Shown here: piece after piece, positions 1 to 6,921 of the stretch
Layout of the letters: each line of letters starts with the position of its first letter
Position numbering within the stretch: the stretch's first letter is position 1
Source of the DNA: an uncultured Pseudomonadales bacterium
GTDB taxonomy: Bacteria; Patescibacteriota; Microgenomatia; UBA1400; PJMF01
Assembly: GCA_964406075.1 (NCBI GenBank)
Contig: CAYOQI010000007.1
Coordinates: 1-57,952, forward strand
Direction of reading: 5' to 3'
Length of the DNA: 57,952 nucleotides
Notes under the pieces: model-generated
The model's database searches: none
Told to the model about the DNA's origin: nothing
What the model saw: the letters and a program-made list of their open reading frames with translations, nothing else
Position numbers and translations under genes: made by a program

Positions 1-731
1 AGATCAACATCCATTTCTCCCAAACACCATTGCAGTCCAATATATCGAGTATTACTTGGATCACTCAACGGTCCACCGGAGAGCGGTCCTCCCACAGTCG
101 TACTGTCAGCTAAGGTAATAATGTTATCGTCGAGAATTTCTTCAGCGGTTTGAATCACAGGGGTAAAAAGCGGCACTTCAGTCGGGGGTTCAAAAATATT
201 ATCTCCATCGTCATACCAACCAAACATGGTCAGTGCCTGAGCGAGTTCACCATTTCCATCACCTTCAGTGGTATCTACTTCACCTTCAGGTTCCGTTAAG
301 CTCGGGTCGTTATTTTGGAAATTATTAAATTCCATACATGCCCAAGCATCATTATCAACCACATGCAAACTAATCGTATTCTCACCATAATCACCTGGCT
401 TGAGGTCAGTAAAATCAAAGAATTTTTCTTGAGTAAGGTCAGTCAAAATCCATGATCCGAAACAAGGTGTACCACTGATTGGAAATTGAAGAGGGAGAGG
501 AGAAGCATTCGGATTTTCTGGTCCCCAAGTCTTGGTGACGGGATCACAGACCATGCCGTTGTAATGAGCTGTACTATCTATTTTGAGATCGACGCCTCCA
601 GCTTGGAATGTATTATTGGCTGACACCTCGGTGTCGGAAAGGAAAGCTCGTGTCCCTTGTAACAGGATGACACTAATTGCCGTGAGTGCGGTTGCACTTA
701 GAAGTAGACGTCTCATGGGGTTCACTTTCAT
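1..731 (-). CDS. SipW-type signal peptide protein, TasA/camelysin (M73)-like secreted protein. N-terminal part only; the ORF runs off the window start.
   Basis: The reverse frame is open from position 1 to in-frame ATGs at 729-731 and 714-716. N-terminus RRLLLSATALTAISVILLQGTRAFLSDTEVSANNTFQAG fits the hydrophobic core + G-T-x-A-x-F-S-D + N-x-F signature. A later FTDLKPGD motif is typical of the TasA/camelysin family. Confidence 0.7.
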   Translation of the reverse strand, partial: MKVNPMRRLLLSATALTAISVILLQGTRAFLSDTEVSANNTFQAGGVDLKIDSTAHYNGMVCDPVTKTWGPENPNASPLPLQFPISGTPCFGSWILTDLTQEKFFDFTDLKPGDYGENTISLHVVDNDAWACMEFNNFQNNDPSLTEPEGEVDTTEGDGNGELAQALTMFGWYDDGDNIFEPPTEVPLFTPVIQTAEEILDDNIITLADSTTVGGPLSGGPLSDPSNTRYIGLQWCLGEMDVD

Positions 732-789
732 GTAGTAAAGTATTGAGACATACCTCAGTCTTTAAGCTGAGCTGTTTTGTTAAGCTTAC

Positions 790-818
790 TTTATAATTTT
801 TTAAAACTGTCGTGTCAA
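790..818 (-). promoter_or_regulatory. Sigma70-like promoter for the SipW-type protein gene
   Basis: The minus strand reads TTGACA (813-818), a 17-nt spacer, then TATAAA (790-795), about 60 nt upstream of the ATG. Confidence 0.45.
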
Positions 819-1163
819 GCGGAAAAAATGTGTTCAATCGCACTTTATTTCTTGATCAAGATACAGCCTGGAAAAAATGAGATTTTTATCTTGAGTAGTC
901 CGCAAAAAAATGAAATCCATCCAAAAAATTCACTTATCACATATATGTTTAGTGTAAGGAACTCTTTCTAAATATTTAAAAAGGAAAATGTAAGCAAACA
1001 GTAAGAAGAATTTACTTTTAGAAAAATAGAGGAAATAAAAAAGGGAATTTTTCAAGGCCGAGGGCAGGTAAGCTCGTCCCACAAAGTGGGAACTGGTGAA
1101 CAAACCTAACCCTGGCTCAAAGAGTGTACAAAATATTTAACAGAAAAAAAAGAGTAATTTAAA

Positions 1164-1550
1164 TCAGCTTTTTTTTCTTCGAGACAAGATAGCCTTTGAA
1201 GCTTTTTCTAATGAATCACCTGTGGGTTTTGCTACAAACTCTATACCTTCACCAATAAAATCAATTCTTTCCCCTGCTGTATGAATGATTATTTGATTCT
1301 TTGAGTAGCCTTTTGCAACTAATTTCTCAACTGCTGTTTTCCACTTACCATTTAGTCCATCAACTGTAATAAGAGAAATATCATCAGGAATATTATCAAG
1401 TTGTTCGCCCTCTTTTTTTTCATTCCACTCATGTGTGTGCACTTCAATCTCTTCATCTAAATCCCATACATGTTGAAAATATATTGGAATGAGTCTCAAG
1501 GAATCGTTATCATCTTCAATTACTAAAACTTTTGTTTTTTCACTACTCAT
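1164..1550 (-). CDS. Stand-alone CheY-like response regulator receiver domain
   Basis: 128 aa. VLVIEDD acidic pair, LITVDG candidate phospho-Asp, IIIHTAG Thr and FVAKP Lys-Pro all lie at canonical spacing. There is an insertion between beta2 and beta3 and no output domain. Confidence 0.6.
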   Translation of the reverse strand: MSSEKTKVLVIEDDNDSLRLIPIYFQHVWDLDEEIEVHTHEWNEKKEGEQLDNIPDDISLITVDGLNGKWKTAVEKLVAKGYSKNQIIIHTAGERIDFIGEGIEFVAKPTGDSLEKASKAILSRRKKS

Positions 1551-1692
1551 ATATCCTCCGATATATCAATCTCCTTACATATTTTGTAAGAAAGGGAAAA
1601 GTATACGCTTTTTTTTAATTTGCACAATCTGTATCGCAAATTGAAAAAGTTGCCCTATACAACTAACTCTTAACAATTTCCGATCAAACAGA

Positions 1693-1698
1693 CATAAT
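1693..1698 (+). promoter_or_regulatory. -10 box (CATAAT) 6 nt upstream of the murL-like ATG; leaderless-type arrangement
   Basis: CATAAT-ccactc-ATG(1705). No Shine-Dalgarno sequence is present. Confidence 0.4.
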
Positions 1699-1704
1699 CC
1701 ACTC

Positions 1705-3081
1705 ATGGCATCACTTTCAATTGAAGAACTTCGTCAGAAACACCCAACATTTACTTATAAATCCTACGGTATTTCTCGAGAGAATAATGATCTTTTAATT
1801 ACTCATCACTTTGTGATCGAGCCCGACATAGAGTTTCATACAAAGTTGATTATTCCGAATGCCCCAGATAATTTAGAATCTAATTACTTATATAATTTCG
1901 CCTTTCAACTTGGTTTGGTGGAAATGATCAGTTACTGGAAAGCAACGTGTTCACCTCAAATTATTATTGAAGCCGGCGCACTTCGTTTATCGCAAATTGA
2001 GTGGTGGAAAAGTGTGTTACTTCACGGACTTGGAGAATTTTTTTACCGGAACAATATTGATTTTAGTCAGCCAGATTTTTTGACCATGACTTCCAATCGC
2101 AGTGATTTTTACTCAATTCCTGAAGTTCAATCTGAAAACACAGGTAATTTAATCCTTGTGAGTGGCGGTAAAGATTCTTCAGTCATGTTGGAAACGTTGA
2201 AACCATCTCCACAATCTGATCAGTTACTATTAGTAAATCCTACCCAAGCTGCTCTCGATCAAACTCAAATTGCTGGCTTCACTTCTCCGATTATTATAAA
2301 AAGAAACATCGATCCAAAATTAATTGAGCTTAATTCCCTCGGGTATTTAAATGGGCATACGCCATTTTCTGCATATTTAGCATTCGTGGGAGTATTAGTC
2401 GCTTCATTGTATAAAAAGAAATACGTTGTGGTGGCAAATGAAAAAAGTGCCTCAGAAAGCAATGTCAGTTTTCATGGGATGGAAATTAATCATCAGTACT
2501 CCAAAAGCTACGCATTCGAGTCACGTTTTCGTTCATATGCTAAAGAATACGTGAGTAAAGAATCCGAATACTTTAGCTTTATTCGTCCTATTTTTGATCT
2601 TCAAGTCGGTCAACTGTTTTCCAAATTCTCTCTATTTCATCAAACGTTTCGAAGTTGCAATGTTGGTCAAAAAGAAAATAAATGGTGTGGGACCTGCCCG
2701 AAATGTGCGTTCGTGTATCTCACACTGTTTCCATTTTTTAGTTATGAACAAGTTCTGGGTATTTTTGGATCCGACTTTTTTACCCATCAAGAAATTGCCC
2801 AGCATCTCCGAGGATTAGTCGGTTTGGAAAAAGAAAAACCTTTTGAGTGCGTGGGTACTGTCGATGAATCAAAATTAGCAGTACAAATGTGTATAGAAAA
2901 ATATGAACTTGAAGGACAACCACTTCCGCCTATTTTAGTTGAACTGCAAGAATCAATTGGAATAAAAAATCCTGCTGAATTCGAACAACTCAAAACGAAG
3001 ATTTTGAAAAACTGGGACACCGATCACTTTTTACCTGAACAATTTGAACAGTTACTTAAACTGCAATTAGAGATGCAATGA
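1705..3081 (+). CDS. murL: PP-loop ATPase-like protein, candidate UDP-MurNAc-L-Ala-L-Glu epimerase (MurL-like)
   Basis: 458 aa with a SGGKDS PP-loop motif mid-protein and a WCGTCPKC cysteine cluster. It lies immediately upstream of, and co-oriented with, a MurD-type ligase, which is the published murD2-murL arrangement. Confidence 0.5.
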   Translation: MASLSIEELRQKHPTFTYKSYGISRENNDLLITHHFVIEPDIEFHTKLIIPNAPDNLESNYLYNFAFQLGLVEMISYWKATCSPQIIIEAGALRLSQIEWWKSVLLHGLGEFFYRNNIDFSQPDFLTMTSNRSDFYSIPEVQSENTGNLILVSGGKDSSVMLETLKPSPQSDQLLLVNPTQAALDQTQIAGFTSPIIIKRNIDPKLIELNSLGYLNGHTPFSAYLAFVGVLVASLYKKKYVVVANEKSASESNVSFHGMEINHQYSKSYAFESRFRSYAKEYVSKESEYFSFIRPIFDLQVGQLFSKFSLFHQTFRSCNVGQKENKWCGTCPKCAFVYLTLFPFFSYEQVLGIFGSDFFTHQEIAQHLRGLVGLEKEKPFECVGTVDESKLAVQMCIEKYELEGQPLPPILVELQESIGIKNPAEFEQLKTKILKNWDTDHFLPEQFEQLLKLQLEMQ

Positions 3082-3082
3082 T

Positions 3083-3104
3083 CTTCTCTCCTTTGGGAGA
3101 GAAG
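3083..3104 (+). other. Perfect 9-bp stem-loop in the murL-murD spacer
   Basis: CTTCTCTCC-tttg-GGAGAGAAG starts 2 nt after the murL stop. No U-run follows, so it is not a canonical terminator. Confidence 0.6.
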
Positions 3105-3141
3105 CCAAGCGACGAAGGAGCATGGCAGTGAGGGAAAATTT

Positions 3142-4497
3142 ATGAATATACATGAACATCTAACTAGTCATCCCACCGCAAAGATTCTCATTCTCGGATA
3201 TGGAAAAGAAGGCAAGTCCACTCACGAGTATTTGAGCAAACACTTTCCTGAACTACAGATCTCAATTGCAGATCAAAATGAAGTGAAACCGATTTTCCCA
3301 ATTGATCAGATATATTCTGGAAAAGAATATTTACATCATCTTCCTGAATATGACGTTATTTTTCGAACACCAAGTATTTCTTTTTTCACAAAAGAAATAC
3401 AAACGGCACTTCAATTAGAAAAAGTGGTAACTTCTGAAATGAATTTCTTCTTTTCTATAGTCAAAGGAAAAACAATCGGAGTCACGGGAACCAAAGGAAA
3501 AAGCACCACATCATCTTTAATCGCTCACTTTCTCAAACAAAAGTATCCAGATGTAAGATTAATTGGAAATATTGGAAAACCAGCATTAGACGATATTGAT
3601 AATGCAAACGAATCAACATTGTTCGTAGTTGAACTGTCAAGTTTTCAGCTCGAAGATCTTCATTTCAGTCCAAATTACGCCGTCCTACTCGGAATTTCTG
3701 AAGAACACCTCAATCATCACGGAACGATGGAAAAGTATATTGATGCCAAGAAAAATATTTTTCTTCATCAAACAGAGAATGATGTACTGATATTTGATGG
3801 GACGAATAAAATTGCAAATCTCATCGCTCAGCAAGCTCGATCAAGAAAAATTGGTTTTAGCTCTGCCTCACAACTTTTACCTGAACAAGAATTAAATCAC
3901 CAAATTGCTTCAACAAAATATTCCGAACTTAATCCTCAATTAATTGGTCACGGCTATGCCACTAACATTCTTGCTGCTTCCACACTTGCCAAAGAATTTA
4001 GTATTTCTGACAACCAAATCACTGAAGCTATCAAAACTTTCCAACCCCTCCCTCACCGGCTGGAATATTTGGGCGTGACACAAGGCATTACTTTTTATGA
4101 CGATTCAATTTCCACAATTCCTGAGGCCACCATCAATGCTCTTGATGCTTTAGGTGAAAACGTTCAAACTTTAATTGCAGGTGGATTTGATCGAGGAGTG
4201 AAGTATCAAGAACTCGGAAAATATTTGGCACAAAGTTCCCTCAAAAATTTGATTCTCTTTTCACCTTCCGGAAAAAGGATTGATGAGGAAGTAAAAAAAC
4301 ATTCACCAAAAGGTTTGAAAATATTTTTTGTCGAAAGTATGGAGGAAGCAATCAACCTCGTCTTTGAACATACAGATCAAGGAAAAATTTGTCTCCTCTC
4401 GCCTGCTTCTGCCAGTTTTGGACAATTTAAAGATTATATCGATCGTGGAAATCAATTCCGGAAACTGCTGGGATTTCCTGAAAGTACTCTAAAGTAA
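3142..4497 (+). CDS. murD: UDP-N-acetylmuramoyl-L-alanine--glutamate ligase (MurD family)
   Basis: 451 aa. N-terminal Rossmann ILILGYGKEG, the Mur ligase P-loop GVTGTKGKSTT, and typical MurD length and C-terminal domain. GAGGG Shine-Dalgarno 8 nt upstream. Confidence 0.85.
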   Translation: MNIHEHLTSHPTAKILILGYGKEGKSTHEYLSKHFPELQISIADQNEVKPIFPIDQIYSGKEYLHHLPEYDVIFRTPSISFFTKEIQTALQLEKVVTSEMNFFFSIVKGKTIGVTGTKGKSTTSSLIAHFLKQKYPDVRLIGNIGKPALDDIDNANESTLFVVELSSFQLEDLHFSPNYAVLLGISEEHLNHHGTMEKYIDAKKNIFLHQTENDVLIFDGTNKIANLIAQQARSRKIGFSSASQLLPEQELNHQIASTKYSELNPQLIGHGYATNILAASTLAKEFSISDNQITEAIKTFQPLPHRLEYLGVTQGITFYDDSISTIPEATINALDALGENVQTLIAGGFDRGVKYQELGKYLAQSSLKNLILFSPSGKRIDEEVKKHSPKGLKIFFVESMEEAINLVFEHTDQGKICLLSPASASFGQFKDYIDRGNQFRKLLGFPESTLK

Positions 4498-4563
4498 CGT
4501 CATCCTGAAAGGTCGAGCCTAATTCGAATTTCGATAATAAATTAGGCACGAATATTCAGGACC
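4498..4563. repeat. Type-A 'GTCATCCTGAAAG...TTCAGGACC' hairpin repeat, copy 1
   Basis: Outer inverted repeat TCCTGAA/TTCAGGA and inner GCCTAAT/ATTAGGC. Near-identical termini occur at 22256-22323 and 57828-57900. Confidence 0.85.
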
Positions 4564-4678
4564 TTAAGTTATATAAAGCTTTTTTTTTAAAACATCAAAT
4601 AAAAAAGCCCTTCCCTCATGTTAAAATAATTTGTTACTTCGATCTTAATTCTTGTATCTTAGATCTTGAAACAAAATT

Positions 4679-4751
4679 GCTGCGGTACCAGAGCGGTAAA
4701 TGGCTAGGTCTGCAAAACCTCAGTTCAGGGGTTCGAATCCCCTCCGCAGCT
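4679..4751 (+). tRNA. tRNA-Cys (anticodon GCA)
   Basis: Hand-folded cloverleaf. Acceptor GCTGCGG/CCGCAGC, T-arm AGGGG-TTCGAAT-CCCCT, anticodon loop CT-GCA-AA and a U73 discriminator. CCA is not encoded. Confidence 0.9.
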
Positions 4752-4866
4752 CAATATAAAGCTGCCCGATAGGGCAGGTTTGTGTTGAATCTAGTGATGG
4801 GATGACTCGTGCCCGATCAAGCGAACATCCTAAAATAAATATATAATTGTGAGCATGACGAGGGTA

Positions 4867-4886
4867 AATCCCCTCCGTGGCTCAAT
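4867..4886 (+). repeat. Degenerate direct duplicate of the tRNA-Cys 3' end
   Basis: AATCCCCTCCGTGGCTCAAT versus AATCCCCTCCGCAGCTCAAT at 4736-4755, an 18/20 match. Confidence 0.7.
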
Positions 4887-4937
4887 TTTTTCTATTGTGT
4901 AATCTTATATTCTTAGATAAAAAAATAAGGAGACACT

Positions 4938-5414
4938 ATGAGTTTAGAGCAAAAAGAAGATTTGACTACTTTTGCTGAACGCTTTCTCATAGGCTTAAAT
5001 GAGCCCCAACGAGCTCGGTTATTTGTTAGTTTATGTGGTTTAAATCTTGAAAGTTTAAGACACGGTCGTCCAAAGGTAATTATTCCTGAAGATCCATGGC
5101 CACTGACATCAGAATTAATTGAAACAAAAACTCTCCAACAAATTCAAGGTCTTTTCTTAGCTTTACGAACTATTCCAGAATTTTCAGGAATTTCCGGTAT
5201 TCTAATGCAAGGGAAAAACGGATCATATATTTTACGATCTTCCGGAACTAAAGAATTATGTGGTCAGGACACAACTGAGCCTGGTCTTATACCTGCGTCA
5301 AAACTTAAAGAATTTATTGCTCAATCTAAATCAATTGATCAAAAATACTATAAAGAATTTTCAGATTTCTCCTATCCTCTTTGGTCACAAATGCTTTTAG
5401 CCTACTTTAAATAA
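4938..5414 (+). CDS. Hypothetical protein (158 aa), co-oriented 7 nt upstream of the PolX-like gene
   Basis: Strong AAGGAG Shine-Dalgarno 6 nt before the ATG. No recognisable motif. Confidence 0.6.
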   Translation: MSLEQKEDLTTFAERFLIGLNEPQRARLFVSLCGLNLESLRHGRPKVIIPEDPWPLTSELIETKTLQQIQGLFLALRTIPEFSGISGILMQGKNGSYILRSSGTKELCGQDTTEPGLIPASKLKEFIAQSKSIDQKYYKEFSDFSYPLWSQMLLAYFK

Positions 5415-5421
5415 CATCAAT

Positions 5422-6486
5422 ATGCACCTCCCTCTCTCCTCCACCATGACCAATGCAGAACTAGCAGAAGTCTTTGCCTTCGTGTCTCAAATTGTCAAAA
5501 TGAATAAAGAAAGTTTTTATGCAGCCCGAGCGTACGAAGAAGCTGGAGTGATTATTCGTCAGCTCGATTATGAACTGAGTGAAAGATTCAATGAGTTAAA
5601 GAAAAGTGAGCCCGCTGTCTATGAAACAGAATTTGCCAAAGAATTAGAAGCACTTCCTAGTATTGGTCCCACTATTGCGAAGAAACTTGTCCAGCTTTTT
5701 TCGACTGGGGATATTCCCGTTTTTCAACGTGATGTCGAAGTATTTCCGGCTGGAATGTATCCATTAGTAAAACTGTCGGGAATCGGTGCTAAAAAAGCTT
5801 TAAAACTTTCCATGCACTTTAAACTTGACGATATTGAGACTGCTACACAAAAATTACTTGAGCATGCGAAAAAAGGTGAAGTTCAAGTAATGGAGGGTTT
5901 TGGTCAAAAAAGTGAACAGGATTTAATAAAAATCCTTGAAGAAAAATATCAAAAAAGTCGCATTCCTTCCGACCAAGCAAACGCCATTGCCGAAAAAATG
6001 AAAGCTGAATTAGCCAAAACCGACTGTGTGTCACAGGTCATGACGTTAGGAAGTCTGCGTCGGAAGAAACAAACCGTCGGTGACATCGATATGGGTGCAG
6101 TTGTTCACGACATGCCAAAACTGAAAGAATTTATTAAAACGATTCCATTTGTCAAAGATGTCTTAGCTTCCGGTGAAAGTCTTATTCGTGTCATTATCGA
6201 TGATAACTATCAAATTGATTTAAAACTTTCACCTGCCGAAGCGTGGGGAAGTTTTCTTCAGCACTTTACTGGTAGCAAGGAACACAACATTCGACTTCGG
6301 GAAATTGCTTTGAAAAAAGGATTATCGCTTTCGGAACACGGTATAAAAATCAAAGAAACCGGAAAAACCAAGACATTTAAAAAAGAAGAAGACTTTTACA
6401 ACTTCTTAGGCTTCGATTGGATTCCACCAGCAGAGAGAAACGGCGGACCTGAGTTAGAAAAGTATAAACTAAACACTCCACAGTGA
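5422..6486 (+). CDS. Family X DNA polymerase (Pol beta-like core) without a PHP domain
   Basis: 354 aa. HhH GIGAKKA, the nucleotidyltransferase motif GSLRRKKQTVGDIDMG, a third Asp in QIDLKL, and the thumb FTGSKEHNIRLREIALKKGLSLSEHGI. Confidence 0.8.
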   Translation: MHLPLSSTMTNAELAEVFAFVSQIVKMNKESFYAARAYEEAGVIIRQLDYELSERFNELKKSEPAVYETEFAKELEALPSIGPTIAKKLVQLFSTGDIPVFQRDVEVFPAGMYPLVKLSGIGAKKALKLSMHFKLDDIETATQKLLEHAKKGEVQVMEGFGQKSEQDLIKILEEKYQKSRIPSDQANAIAEKMKAELAKTDCVSQVMTLGSLRRKKQTVGDIDMGAVVHDMPKLKEFIKTIPFVKDVLASGESLIRVIIDDNYQIDLKLSPAEAWGSFLQHFTGSKEHNIRLREIALKKGLSLSEHGIKIKETGKTKTFKKEEDFYNFLGFDWIPPAERNGGPELEKYKLNTPQ

Positions 6487-6777
6487 TTGTTCCAAATCAA
6501 CTTTTTCCCCTTTAAAAACAATTCCTTCATCTTCCAACATCATTTTTTTGGTAAAGATTCCTGCTCCTGCAGAGTAGCCAGTTAATGAACCATCAGATGC
6601 GACTACTCGATGACATGGAGTCGCTGGCACATCTGGATTTGTTCGCATGCACATTCCAACTGCTCTAGCAGCTTTTGGACTACCTGCTAAACGTGCCAAT
6701 TGACCATATGTTGCCACTTTTCCTTTTGGAATTTGACGACAAAATTCATATACTTTTTGTTTAAATTCTGATTTCAC
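6469..6777 (-). CDS. MGMT-family (O6-alkylguanine-DNA alkyltransferase-like) DNA-binding domain protein
   Basis: PCHRVV active-site motif. The IPKGKVATYGQLA helix is typical of the family. The GTG start with an AGGGG Shine-Dalgarno is preferred over the TTG at 6801, which lies in a heptamer repeat. Confidence 0.75.
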   Translation of the reverse strand: MKSEFKQKVYEFCRQIPKGKVATYGQLARLAGSPKAARAVGMCMRTNPDVPATPCHRVVASDGSLTGYSAGAGIFTKKMMLEDEGIVFKGEKVDLEQSLWSV

Positions 6778-6788
6778 AGTTTTTCCCC

Positions 6789-6812
6789 TAACAACTAACA
6801 ACTAACAACTAA
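6789..6812. repeat. Heptanucleotide tandem repeat (TAACAAC) x3.4
   Basis: Read directly in the divergent MGMT-like/miaB intergenic region. Confidence 0.8.
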
Positions 6813-6921
6813 GTCTTTATCTAGTATAATACCCTCGATGTCCCACCATCATATCAGATGTAGTGCTAACGGCTTATTCAGCCGTATCACAATCTGAGTA
6901 TTCCGGCGGGTAAACAAGTAT

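Noticed and set aside
777-971. 64-aa ORF in the spacer between the SipW-type gene and the receiver gene
   Set aside because: It sits in the AT-rich promoter region of the minus-strand gene. It has no Shine-Dalgarno or -10/ATG geometry, a low-complexity product and no motif.
1057-1116. Known riboswitch class (c-di-GMP-I, fluoride, ykkC) in the GC-rich hairpin
   Set aside because: The conserved core nucleotides of these classes as I recall them are not present. The position, downstream of a gene, fits a terminator or sRNA better.
4752-4937. Integrated mobile element at tRNA-Cys
   Set aside because: Only about 110 bp lie between the direct repeats, and no integrase, excisionase or cargo gene is present. 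It is reported only as a possible scar.
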